Virus record (IMG/VR): IMGVR_UViG_3300010348_000547
Span: 64,566 to 128,565 of that record
Reading direction: 5' to 3' (one strand)
Origin: a virus
Lineage: Duplodnaviria; Heunggongvirae; Uroviricota; Caudoviricetes
DNA: 64,000 nt
Under the pieces are notes generated by a model, which ran no database searches, was not told the DNA's origin, and saw nothing but the letters and a program-made list of their open reading frames with translations. This document shows positions 48,478 through 55,655 of the stretch, piece by piece (position 1 is the first letter of the stretch; each line of letters opens with the position of its first letter). The position numbers were made by a program, and so were the translations under genes.

Positions 48478-48560
48478 TAAAAGGGATCAGTGTAGTATGG
48501 GAACTACACTGTTGCCCTTTCTGCTAGCTCTCCCACCGTAGGGGTGGTTGCTACTCATTG

Positions 48561-49034
48561 TCAATTGCAGTAATCATTTAAGGTAATCGTATTAACCGTG
48601 CCTGCTGCACATGATGACCCATTAGATTGACAAAAATTTAAGAAAACACCGGTTGTCTTTGTTATTACACCATCCCTGAGTATGCTAAGCCTGATTGTAT
48701 TTGTTAAATTACAATTGGCACTTACATGGTTAATGAAGTTAGGTCCAGGTACAATGTTTAATGAGAACACGGGTGCATCTGCATTGGGTACAATACTCTT
48801 TGTCCATATAGTTCCTGTTGCTGTAGTATCCTCAATGGTATTGTTGTAACCATCAAGATATAATATATCATACTGGCCTGAGCTAACACTTGTACCAAAC
48901 TCTATTTGGTATGTCCATGTGCTTGACTTACATGATGCAACAGATGCTGTACTTGCCGGAGCGGGTGATGATGACTTTTTACTGCATGCCACCATCATCA
49001 AGATAGACATACAGATTAGGATAATCTTTTTCAT
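48561..49034 (-). CDS. secreted lipoprotein (157 aa)
   Basis: Signal peptide with a lipobox (MKKIILICMSILMMVACSKK). Ser/Thr-rich. Confidence 0.5.
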   Translation of the reverse strand: MKKIILICMSILMMVACSKKSSSPAPASTASVASCKSSTWTYQIEFGTSVSSGQYDILYLDGYNNTIEDTTATGTIWTKSIVPNADAPVFSLNIVPGPNFINHVSANCNLTNTIRLSILRDGVITKTTGVFLNFCQSNGSSCAAGTVNTITLNDYCN

Positions 49035-49214
49035 TTTGTTTGTTATTGAGATGGTGGTTATGGATAACTAATAGCGGATGTGGCATAACCAATTAACTAC
49101 ATCCTGTAAGGTATGCTCAATAGAGATTTGAGTGTGCTGAATTTAACATACTGCCTAAGCAATAGAGGTAGATAAGCCTTTCAATTCCCGATATTGGTCC
49201 CTACTGAGCAATAT

Positions 49215-49433
49215 CTATTGTGGTGAATTACGAAGTGGCGGTTGCTCTTTCTCTTGAAATGATACTGATGGACCACTATAGTAGTAATCAAGTACCCATA
49301 GAGGAATACCCGAGTCACTCACTCTCTGTATATACTCTTCATGTTGAATAGCTAATAGCTCATCTCTACTAAGAGAGTCTATATAAGAAGAACTATTAGT
49401 GTGTGAATCAGAGCGTATGTTGTTTCTAGCCAT
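49215..49433 (-). CDS. hypothetical protein (72 aa)
   Basis: ORF. Confidence 0.35.
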   Translation of the reverse strand: MARNNIRSDSHTNSSSYIDSLSRDELLAIQHEEYIQRVSDSGIPLWVLDYYYSGPSVSFQEKEQPPLRNSPQ

Positions 49434-49591
49434 ATAGTGCGATTGAAAATGTTATTGATGACAAGGTGGACAGATTAGAATGTAGACAATATGAGGGATG
49501 GTTGAGGACCCTCTCACACTTTCTCCCTCACTCTCAGCTACTTACAGCTAAACCATATAGGTGAGCACGTTTAGCAAGAGAGCAAAGCGAG

Positions 49592-49622
49592 AAAAAAAAG
49601 GGGAAGACTCTATGTCCTCCCC
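49592..49622 (-). terminator. rho-independent terminator (minus strand)
   Basis: Hairpin GGGGAAGAC-N5-GTCCTCCCC next to A8 on the plus strand, i.e. U8 after the hairpin on the minus strand. Directly 3' of the 49645-50001 gene. Confidence 0.5.
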
Positions 49623-49644
49623 TCTTCTCTGTCTAACAACACTA

Positions 49645-50001
49645 TTACATGTTGTCTATGCCCTCGCTCTTAGCGACATCAGCACCGCCTAACAAGTGAG
49701 CAACACTTGCCTTAGCTAACTCTTGACCGAAGTTACCTCCGTACTGTTTAGCTAATGATGCTGCCTGCTCGAATGCAGACATATCCGGTACAACTTTACC
49801 CTTCTCTGTTACGATAAGAGTTCCCGTGTTACCGATGCAACGGGTTGTGAACCATAATGGTACACCGTTTTCTGTCTCGCGATAGTTGTCGCCTTGAGCC
49901 GCCTTATACGCCTCGATTTGTGCTTCTGTTCCACTGCCTTCGTAAACGAATACTGTGTTACCTTTCTGTGATCTGTACGATCTGCTTAACTTTACTTTCA
50001 T
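49645..50001 (-). CDS. cassette protein, paralogue 1 (118 aa)
   Basis: About 60% identical to the 50522-50872 product (shared TVFVY, PLWFTTRCIGN, VPDMSAFEQAASLAKQ, GGNFG). The conserved 25-nt motif lies upstream. Confidence 0.55.
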   Translation of the reverse strand: MKVKLSRSYRSQKGNTVFVYEGSGTEAQIEAYKAAQGDNYRETENGVPLWFTTRCIGNTGTLIVTEKGKVVPDMSAFEQAASLAKQYGGNFGQELAKASVAHLLGGADVAKSEGIDNM

Positions 50002-50065
50002 GTCTCTGCTTTTTAATTGTTTGACTTTTATTTATTTGTGTACTCGCAATGCGCGCCTTACTTAT

Positions 50066-50089
50066 ATGGCGAACATGTACGTATTAGCA
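50066..50089 (-). promoter_or_regulatory. conserved cassette-leader motif, copy a
   Basis: AGCAATAGATGTTTGAGAAATAGG. One of five copies of the (T)ACAATAGATGTTT(T/G)AGAAATAG(C/T)T motif, each 20-70 nt upstream of a small minus-strand gene. Confidence 0.45.
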
Positions 50090-50521
50090 ATAGATGTTTG
50101 AGAAATAGGCGGGGAGGAAAAGCCGGAGCGAAGCGGAGGCTGTGGGGAGGAAAGAAGGCGCGAAGCGCCCACGTTTATCACACACGCCTTATATATATGT
50201 ATAACCTGAGCGTGTAACCATTACATTCTCAAAAGTGTTCGTCGAAGAATTACCTGTCATTTATACCTGTTTTCCCAGGGTTTTACAAAACTCATCGGTG
50301 ATAAACAGACATTAGTCGAAATGAGAGCGTGTAATGTTTGTGAGTTGAGTTAGAGGAGATAACCCTTTTACTGTACGTCTAGTTTGTGTTTGAGAAATAG
50401 CTGACCGAAAAGAAACCCGTATTGCTACGGGTCTCAATGTGTTTCGTTGCTTAGCACCTGTGCTCAGGGTTATCCTCACTCGTGGGTGAATGACTATCAC
50501 AACGGGGAAGTCCCCCAAGGC

Positions 50522-50872
50522 TTACGCCTCAGGGTTCTCGTCCTCGGACTTGTTACCAAGCAAGTTGGCAACAGACGCCTTTGCAAGGGCATCACCGAAG
50601 TTTCCACCAAACTGCTTCGCTAAGCTTGCGGCTTGCTCAAACGCAGACATGTCAGGAACAATCTTCCCTTTGGAAGTTATTACCAACGACCCACTGTTGC
50701 CAATGCAACGAGTAGTGAACCACAATGGGGTTCCGTCTTCTTGCTCACGGTAGTAATCACCGCTTGCTTGTTTGTAAGCCTCAATCTCTTCAGGCTTAGC
50801 AGTTACTGCATAAACGAATACAGTGTTACCGTTTTGAGAACGGTATGAACGCTTTAGATTAACCTTAATCAT
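50522..50872 (-). CDS. cassette protein, paralogue 2 (116 aa)
   Basis: Tandem paralogue of the 49645-50001 product. Confidence 0.55.
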   Translation of the reverse strand: MIKVNLKRSYRSQNGNTVFVYAVTAKPEEIEAYKQASGDYYREQEDGTPLWFTTRCIGNSGSLVITSKGKIVPDMSAFEQAASLAKQFGGNFGDALAKASVANLLGNKSEDENPEA

Positions 50873-50930
50873 GGCGATGGGCGCACAAGAGGACTATATC
50901 CAACAACATGTTGAATATTTTCTTATGCAA

Positions 50931-50959
50931 TTACAATAGATGTTTTAGAAATAGTTAGG
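50931..50959 (-). promoter_or_regulatory. conserved cassette-leader motif, copy b
   Basis: TTACAATAGATGTTTTAGAAATAGTTAGG. Confidence 0.45.
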
Positions 50960-51018
50960 GCAGGAATGTGCGTGGAGCGCTGACCGTAGGGAAGCGGAAT
51001 TAAGGGAAAAGATAACGG

Positions 51019-51306
51019 CTAATTGCCGTCATCATTCTCCATATTCTTTTTACGGTTAATAGCTAATGCCATTGGTCCGTAGACTGCTGCCTGAACTCTG
51101 AAGCGGACTAATCCGCTCAGTTGTTCAAGCTCTGCAGTTGTCTTGTCGTACAGCTCATCAAACTCTCTTGGTGAAAGTCTTGGTAATCTGTACTGATGTA
51201 AGGTTGCCGCTATGCAGTAAATGTGCTCAACCTTGATTTGATTCTCTTCCGAGAGCGTGAGGTAAACAACCTCATTGAAAGTTTGTGTCATGGTGATAAT
51301 TTTCAT
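51019..51306 (-). CDS. hypothetical cassette protein (95 aa)
   Basis: ORF. The motif copy lies immediately upstream. Confidence 0.45.
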   Translation of the reverse strand: MKIITMTQTFNEVVYLTLSEENQIKVEHIYCIAATLHQYRLPRLSPREFDELYDKTTAELEQLSGLVRFRVQAAVYGPMALAINRKKNMENDDGN

Positions 51307-51333
51307 ACAATAGGGGTTTTAGAAATAGCTGGC
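51306..51333 (-). promoter_or_regulatory. conserved cassette-leader motif, copy c
   Basis: ATACAATAGGGGTTTTAGAAATAGCTGG. A strong hairpin GGTGAGTAGGCC-CGAA-GGCCCTATACTCACC follows at 51336-51367. Confidence 0.45.
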
Positions 51334-51438
51334 TTGGTGAGTAGGCCCGAAGGCCCTATACTCACCACAAGTTTCTTTATGTGGTTGTGTATTCAGGAGA
51401 AGCAAGCTACTCTCTAATGAGAATAGCCTGCAAATGTA

Positions 51439-51663
51439 CTACTTCTTCCCAAAGTGGAAGTTTAGTAGTTGTACCTCACGATGTTCAATAACATCGCATG
51501 GATTGATTCTCATTGGTCTGATTGGTACTAACCATTGAACATCAATAAGGTCTCCACCTTGGTACGTGCGTAGAGACTTTGCACCACAAGAGTAACTAAC
51601 TTCTTGTTTAACAGCTGGCATTCCGTCAACTGTTGTGATTTGGATTGGTCCTAAAATCATGGT
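51439..51663 (-). CDS. hypothetical cassette protein (start moved to the internal ATG 51663)
   Basis: The ORF-track start at 51756 would translate through the conserved leader motif. MILGPIQITTVDG begins downstream of it. Confidence 0.4.
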   Translation of the reverse strand, partial: TMILGPIQITTVDGMPAVKQEVSYSCGAKSLRTYQGGDLIDVQWLVPIRPMRINPCDVIEHREVQLLNFHFGKK

Positions 51664-51720
51664 GATGAGTACGTAAGGGATAACATCAAACAACCTTGTC
51701 TGTATGTGTCTTATCGTAGA

Positions 51721-51747
51721 TACAATAGATGTTTGTGAAATAGCTGA
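51721..51747 (-). promoter_or_regulatory. conserved cassette-leader motif, copy d
   Basis: TACAATAGATGTTTGTGAAATAGCTGA. Confidence 0.45.
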
Positions 51748-51761
51748 GTTCAGCAAAGCCC

Positions 51762-51986
51762 TTATTCAGGGCTGCTGTTCTCGGCTGCATTCAGTTGGGC
51801 TTCAATGTATTCTTGAAGATGTGCACTAAATGCCTCAAATGCATTTGCCTGTCCTTGACAATATGCTTTTAATTCTCTTGCTGTCTCACACTCAATTGGT
51901 GATTGATCAGTCATACAATCTGCAGCTGCTTTGTTTGCATCAGCCGCTAATACATCAAGTTGTTTGATGATGTCTAATACGTCCAT
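51762..51986 (-). CDS. hypothetical cassette protein (74 aa)
   Basis: ORF. The hairpin GCCC-CGAA-GGGC lies upstream at about 52003-52030. Confidence 0.4.
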   Translation of the reverse strand: MDVLDIIKQLDVLAADANKAAADCMTDQSPIECETARELKAYCQGQANAFEAFSAHLQEYIEAQLNAAENSSPE

Positions 51987-52039
51987 GGTAATTAGTTTAA
52001 ATGATTAATAAATAAGTAAAGCCCCGAAGGGCCTTACTC

Positions 52040-52351
52040 TTACTTGTTTGCGTAATACTCTTTACGTATTACAGATGCCTGTTCATCTAACAGGTCAGCC
52101 TTAGCTAATGTGGTTGCACTGTCAATTGCAAACCATATTGCAGACTGTTGGTGTGCTACACAAGCAATGAATGTGTAACCTTTCAATGTAATGAATACAC
52201 TGATGTGTTGATGAAAGTGTGCAGGTAAGCGCTTTAATATGGCTGTTGCCATCTCAGTCTTATAACGCATTTTCATCGCCTTATGAGTGCCCATATAGGC
52301 ATACCCAAATCTGAAGCTTTTCAATTGCTCCATTGTACAGTTTGTTGTCAT
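52040..52351 (-). CDS. hypothetical cassette protein (103 aa)
   Basis: ORF. The motif copy lies upstream. Confidence 0.45.
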   Translation of the reverse strand: MTTNCTMEQLKSFRFGYAYMGTHKAMKMRYKTEMATAILKRLPAHFHQHISVFITLKGYTFIACVAHQQSAIWFAIDSATTLAKADLLDEQASVIRKEYYANK

Positions 52352-52377
52352 GGTGAGTATGTTTAAAGTTATGTATG

Positions 52378-52405
52378 TACAATGGAGGTTTTAGAAATAG
52401 TTAGC
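52378..52405 (-). promoter_or_regulatory. conserved cassette-leader motif, copy e
   Basis: TACAATGGAGGTTTTAGAAATAGTTAGC. Confidence 0.45.
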
Positions 52406-52694
52406 AAGCTTAGGTTGATGTAAATGTTTCCAAGAAAAAAAGAATTCTTAAAAGTTTAGCCAGATTTTCAAATGCTCCAAAATAAAAGGTGGGGGTAGGG
52501 GCCCTGGCGGTTAGACCCCGGGGTGTTTTGTAGAGGACCCCTCTCTCATACTCACATATATCAAATCGCCCACCCGTCATAAACAGGAGTCACTCCTAAT
52601 CTTCTTGTCCTAGGGGGTTTTGCTTTTATGCAGAAAGATGCATGTCACGCTTGTTTATTCGCTGGAATTTTGTATATTATAGAAAACAAACATT

Positions 52695-53495
52695 ATGAAA
52701 AAGAAACTCTTATTAATCATCTTGGGTTCTCTGGTTGTAGCTGGGATAGCTGCAGCAGTTTTGATACCCTTAATTTTAAAGAAAGACCATCATGAAAATC
52801 CGGTACCAATTACTCCTTCTCCTGAACCCCAAGATACTGCGGGCACGGCTTTACAAATTTTCAACCGTTATGACAGTGCTGTTGTTGTTTACATTACTCT
52901 TGGCGCTACTCCTGGTTGCATTCAGTCTGTTCTGGATTTGCCGTTTAATGTGGATACCGTTCCTGGCTCTAAGAAAATGCAAGGAACATTCTTATTGGCG
53001 CCAGGTGATTCTACTGTTGCATTCAACTCAGATACCCTCGGCTTTAACGGGGTTATTTCATTTGGCTATGCTCCTGATAATTGCCCTTCTCCCCGATATC
53101 CCTTAGGTCTTAACCAGTTCGAATTTATATTGAATAATTCTTTCCAGCCGGGTCAACCTCAGGAGTCGATAAATATATCATGTGTCCATGGTGTGAATTG
53201 TGTTATCAGATGTGATGTGAAAACGGATTCGTTAACTCCATTCAATGCTGGTCCTACTATTCCTTTGGTACAGAGTTTTGCTAATACACTTAATCGTTCT
53301 CAGATTAATATTGTCGGTGTTTATCCTTACGGATGTACTCACTGTACTGATTATATAGGAGCACCTAATTGTATTCCGGTACCGCAGCCAGTTAACACGG
53401 AAGCTATTTGCCAGGTACAAAGACCTGCTGTAAAAACCAACAAGGGAAAAATTTCTGTAATTTATTTAGGAAAAATGCAGCCCGCATTAAAATAA
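52695..53495 (+). CDS. secreted or membrane-anchored Cys-rich protein (266 aa)
   Basis: N-terminal hydrophobic signal or anchor (MKKKLLLIILGSLVVAGIAAAVLIPLIL). Confidence 0.5.
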   Translation: MKKKLLLIILGSLVVAGIAAAVLIPLILKKDHHENPVPITPSPEPQDTAGTALQIFNRYDSAVVVYITLGATPGCIQSVLDLPFNVDTVPGSKKMQGTFLLAPGDSTVAFNSDTLGFNGVISFGYAPDNCPSPRYPLGLNQFEFILNNSFQPGQPQESINISCVHGVNCVIRCDVKTDSLTPFNAGPTIPLVQSFANTLNRSQINIVGVYPYGCTHCTDYIGAPNCIPVPQPVNTEAICQVQRPAVKTNKGKISVIYLGKMQPALK

Positions 53496-53614
53496 GTATT
53501 ATATTTGCACCATGTTCAACTTTGTTCAACCTTGTCTATATTGGAGTTTGTTTTCACACATCAATGTGAACAGGGATAAGTTTGTCTATTAGTTAGTAAA
53601 ACAAATTTTGAAAA

Positions 53615-53644
53615 AGCCCTGTAGAAATACGGGGCTTTTTTTTT
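53615..53644 (+). terminator. rho-independent terminator
   Basis: Hairpin AGCCCTG-N8-CGGGGCT followed by T9. Immediately precedes tRNA-Phe. Confidence 0.55.
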
Positions 53645-53716
53645 GGGGCTATAGCTCAGTTGGTAGAGCAGCGGACTGAAAATCCGTGGTCCCTGGTTCG
53701 ATTCCAGGTAGCCCCA
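53645..53716 (+). tRNA. tRNA-Phe (GAA)
   Basis: Cloverleaf GGGGCTA/TAGCCCC, D GCTC-AGTTGGTA-GAGC, anticodon loop CTGAAAA, T-loop TTCGATT. Confidence 0.8.
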
Positions 53717-53722
53717 CAATAT

Positions 53723-53805
53723 GCCGACACTGCAGAGTGGGAGATCTGCACCAGACTGTAAATCTGGCGTCATTGACTTTGGGGGTTCGAGTCCCTCTGG
53801 CGGCA
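53723..53805 (+). tRNA. tRNA-Tyr (GTA), class II
   Basis: Anticodon arm CCAGA-CTGTAAA-TCTGG, 13-nt variable arm, T-arm GGGGG-TTCGAGT-CCCTC, one A.G mismatch in the acceptor stem. Confidence 0.65.
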
Positions 53806-53811
53806 CAACAC

Positions 53812-53894
53812 GGAAGTGGTCTGAATGGACGAAGAGCTAGTCTTGAAAACTGGTGGCTGTAAAAGGTTTGGGGGTTCGATTCCCTTCGCTTCCG
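53812..53894 (+). tRNA. tRNA-Ser (TGA), class II
   Basis: Acceptor GGAAGTG/CGCTTCC-G, anticodon arm CTAGT-CTTGAAA-ACTGG, long variable arm. Confidence 0.7.
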
Positions 53895-53899
53895 CAAAT

Positions 53900-53972
53900 A
53901 CATCTCTAGCTCAACTGGTAGAGCAGTGGTCTCCAAAACCAAAGGTTGTAGGTTCGATTCCTGCGAGATGTG
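53900..53972 (+). tRNA. tRNA-Trp (CCA)
   Basis: ACATCTC/GAGATGT acceptor, anticodon loop CTCCAAA, canonical D and T arms. Confidence 0.8.
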
Positions 53973-53977
53973 CAAAT

Positions 53978-54050
53978 GGTACCGTGGATGAGTTGGTTTA
54001 GTCTCAGGTCTGCAAAACTTGCTACGTCAGTTCGAATCTGACCGGTACCT
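53978..54050 (+). tRNA. tRNA-Cys (GCA)
   Basis: Acceptor GGTACCG/CGGTACC, anticodon arm CAGGT-CTGCAAA-ACTTG, T-arm GTCAG-TTCGAAT-CTGAC, irregular D region. Confidence 0.6.
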
Positions 54051-54059
54051 CAAACATAC

Positions 54060-54146
54060 GGAAGATAGGCAGATATTGGTTTGTTGCACCGCACTGCTAA
54101 CGCGGCCCAGGTAAAACTGGTGAGGGTTCGAGCCCCTTGTCTTCCG
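54060..54146 (+). tRNA. tRNA-Ser (GCT), class II
   Basis: Acceptor GGAAGAT/GTCTTCC, anticodon loop CTGCTAA, variable hairpin CCAG-GTAAAA-CTGG. Confidence 0.7.
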
Positions 54147-54152
54147 CACTAT

Positions 54153-54234
54153 GCCTCTGTGGCGGAATTGGTAGACGCGTTGGTCTTAGGAACCAATGTC
54201 GAAAGGCGTGCAGGTTCGAGTCCTGTCAGAGGTA
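54153..54234 (+). tRNA. tRNA-Leu (TAG), class II
   Basis: Anticodon arm TTGGT-CTTAGGA-ACCAA, 13-nt variable arm, T-arm GCAGG-TTCGAGT-CCTGT. Confidence 0.75.
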
Positions 54235-54238
54235 CAAT

Positions 54239-54318
54239 GCTCCGGTGGTGAAACTGGTAGACGCGCAGGACTTAAAATCCTGTCCTTCGGGGTGCGGGTT
54301 CAAATCCCGCTCGGAGTA
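54239..54318 (+). tRNA. tRNA-Leu (TAA), class II
   Basis: Anticodon arm CAGGA-CTTAAAA-TCCTG, T-arm GCGGG-TTCAAAT-CCCGC. Confidence 0.75.
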
Positions 54319-54523
54319 CAAAAAAAAAATATTTTTGCAAAATGTTTGCAGGAATAAAAACTATGCTTATATTTGTAGCGCAAATGAAACATGTACAACA
54401 TATAAATATCCAGGTGGCGAAAGCCATGATTACGCGCAGAGGCGATGAGCCGTCATGCCCGGAGGGTTTTGTATATTGTCTTGCTTCACATAAATAAGAA
54501 GTCATAGAAATCAAAATACGCAA

Positions 54524-54560
54524 AAGCCTCTGGGAATCATCTCAGAGGCTTTTTTGTTTT
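54524..54560 (+). terminator. rho-independent terminator inside the tRNA array
   Basis: AGCCTCTG-N10-CAGAGGCT followed by TTTTTTGTTTT. It abuts the 5' end of tRNA-Pro. Confidence 0.6.
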
Positions 54561-54633
54561 CGAGATGTAGTTCAGTTGGTAGAACGCGTGCTTTGGGAGC
54601 ATGAGGTCGTCGGTTCGAGTCCGGCTATCTCGA
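54561..54633 (+). tRNA. tRNA-Pro (TGG)
   Basis: Acceptor CGAGATG/TATCTCG, anticodon loop TTTGGGA, T-arm GTCGG-TTCGAGT-CCGGC. Confidence 0.75.
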
Positions 54634-54643
54634 CTTAAATTAT

Positions 54644-54716
54644 GGGCCAGATGCCGACGGCAGGTCAACCCGCTTGCACCGGGATTGTATGGGTTCGATT
54701 CCCACTGTGTCCACAG
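54644..54716 (+). pseudogene. pseudo-tRNA or tRNA-like fragment with an Ala-type anticodon loop (CTTGCAC) and no acceptor stem
   Basis: Anticodon arm ACCCG-CTTGCAC-CGGGA and T-arm TGGG-TTCGATT-CCCA are present, but the flanks cannot pair as an acceptor stem. Confidence 0.35.
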
Positions 54717-54781
54717 AGCTGATTATCAGGTGCAACCTAACAGCGGATTCGCAACCCGTCTGGATAATCAGGTTACATTAA

Positions 54782-54857
54782 GCGCCAGTAGCTCAATTGG
54801 TAGAGCTCTAGCCTTCCAAGCTAGAGGTTGCGGGTTCGAGACCCGCCTGACGCTCCA
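54782..54857 (+). tRNA. tRNA-Gly (TCC), CCA encoded
   Basis: Anticodon arm CTAGC-CTTCCAA-GCTAG, T-arm GCGGG-TTCGAGA-CCCGC, 3' CTGACGC-T-CCA. Confidence 0.75.
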
Positions 54858-55015
54858 ACATCTGTGATTACAATAAGCAGATGGAAGGGAAGTAAAATGA
54901 AATTCAGCACGGGGTTAGTTCTGCGTGTTTGTAAGGAGTGGTTGGAGGCCACAGTCCCCGACTAACAGGGACAAAGTACTGAAAAAGCCTTATAACGAAT
55001 GGATTACTTCCCTAT
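54858..55015 (+). ncRNA. structured spacer RNA candidate between tRNA-Gly and tRNA-Asp
   Basis: Hairpin CATCTG/CAGATG at 54859-54883. A 9-bp long-range stem GGGAAGTAA (54887-95)/TTACTTCCC (55004-12) encloses internal hairpins such as GTCCC-N9-GGGAC. A 22-codon micro-ORF lies inside. Confidence 0.35.
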
Positions 55016-55022
55016 GATTTTT

Positions 55023-55101
55023 GGTCTGTTGGGGGAGTTCGGCCGTCCCTGCTGCACTGTCACTGCAGAGATCACGGGTTCAAATCCCGTACAGACCGCC
55101 A
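55023..55101 (+). tRNA. tRNA-Asp (GTC), CCA encoded
   Basis: Acceptor GGTCTGT/ACAGACC-G-CCA, anticodon arm CTGCA-CTGTCAC-TGCAG, T-arm ACGGG-TTCAAAT-CCCGT. Confidence 0.75.
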
Positions 55102-55180
55102 GGAAGCAAACATGGGTTCGATTCCCATCAACTGGTCTAGTGCCGGTTGTCGTCTAGGGGTCAGGACGGCTTCACGTTAT
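55102..55180 (+). other. permuted tRNA-like halves (a 3' half followed by a 5' half of a Glu-type tRNA-like sequence)
   Basis: Order: GAAGC (anticodon 3' strand), AAAC, T-arm ATGGG-TTCGATT-CCCAT, acceptor 3' AACTGGT, then acceptor 5' GCCGGTT, GT, D-arm CGTC-TAGGGGTCAG-GACG, anticodon 5' strand GCTTC. All four stems are complementary but circularly permuted. Confidence 0.4.
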
Positions 55181-55252
55181 TGCTTCTTAGCTCAGCGGTA
55201 GAGCAGCGCCCTGTTAAGGCGACGGTCCTAGGTTCAATCCCTAGAGGAGCAG
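55181..55252 (+). tRNA. tRNA-Asn (GTT)
   Basis: TGCTTCT-TA-GCTC-AGCGGTA-GAGC, anticodon loop CTGTTAA, T-arm CTAGG-TTCAATC-CCTAG, 3' AGGAGCA-G. Confidence 0.7.
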
Positions 55253-55259
55253 CAAACAT

Positions 55260-55334
55260 TGACACATGGCGCAGCCTGGTTAGCGCATCACACTGATAAT
55301 GTGAGGGTCCCAAGTTCAAATCTTGGTGTGTCAA
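55260..55334 (+). tRNA. tRNA-Ile (GAT)
   Basis: TGACACA/TGTGTCA, anticodon arm TCACA-CTGATAA-TGTGA, T-arm CCAAG-TTCAAAT-CTTGG. Confidence 0.75.
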
Positions 55335-55340
55335 CTTAAT

Positions 55341-55415
55341 ATCAGAATAGCTCAGCTGGTTCAGAGCAACACCCTTACAAGGTGAAGGCCGGGAGTTCGA
55401 ATCTCTCTTCTGATA
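55341..55415 (+). tRNA. tRNA-Val (TAC)
   Basis: ATCAGAA/TTCTGAT, anticodon loop CTTACAA, T-arm GGGAG-TTCGAAT-CTCTC. Confidence 0.7.
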
Positions 55416-55496
55416 CACAAAATATATTTAAACTTGTAATGTTTACACTAATAAGATATAGAAGAAGCAAGGCTAAGATAAAATCTTAGTCCAAAC

Positions 55497-55570
55497 TCCT
55501 CTATAGCTTAGCTGGCTAAAGCACCATACTTTTAATATGGGGACCGCGGGTTCGAATCCCGCTAGAGGAA
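55497..55570 (+). tRNA. tRNA-Lys (TTT)
   Basis: TCCTCTA/TAGAGGA, anticodon arm CCATA-CTTTTAA-TATGG, T-arm GCGGG-TTCGAAT-CCCGC. A hairpin CTAAGAT-AAA-ATCTTAG sits just upstream at 55471-55492. Confidence 0.75.
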
Positions 55571-55577
55571 CAAATCT

Positions 55578-55654
55578 CTCCCCATAGCTTAACTGCATAA
55601 AGCTTTTGCCTTCTAAGCAAACGATTACAAGTTGGAATCTTGTTGGGGAGACCA
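55578..55654 (+). tRNA. tRNA-Arg (TCT), CCA encoded
   Basis: CTCCCCA/TGGGGAG-A-CCA, anticodon arm TTTGC-CTTCTAA-GCAAA. Confidence 0.75.
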
Positions 55655-55655
55655 C

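Noticed and set aside
48330-48480. Treating the isolated tRNA-like element as a phage attP core.
   Set aside because: No integrase, excisionase or repressor gene is seen anywhere in the 64 kb. Lysogeny is not supported in this window.
49645-52410. Interpreting the repeated 25-nt motif array as a CRISPR array.
   Set aside because: Repeats are about 400-850 bp apart, with protein-coding genes between them and no regular spacer length. No cas genes are present.
52440-52480. The G-rich tract GGTGGGGGTAGGGGCCCTGGCGG as a G-quadruplex or regulatory element.
   Set aside because: Only one short tract in a divergent intergenic region. It is equally explained as a GC hairpin (GGGG...CCCC) of a weak terminator. 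Not enough evidence.
54644-54716. Calling this a functional tRNA-Ala.
   Set aside because: The anticodon and T arms exist, but no 7-bp acceptor pairing is possible with the flanks. Kept only as a pseudo or tRNA-like element.
55102-55187. Folding the Asp-Asn spacer as a conventional 76-nt tRNA (AGGAAGC...GCTTCTT acceptor).
   Set aside because: Its 3' acceptor strand would be the 5' end of tRNA-Asn, and the internal arm order is wrong. The permuted-halves reading explains all stems.
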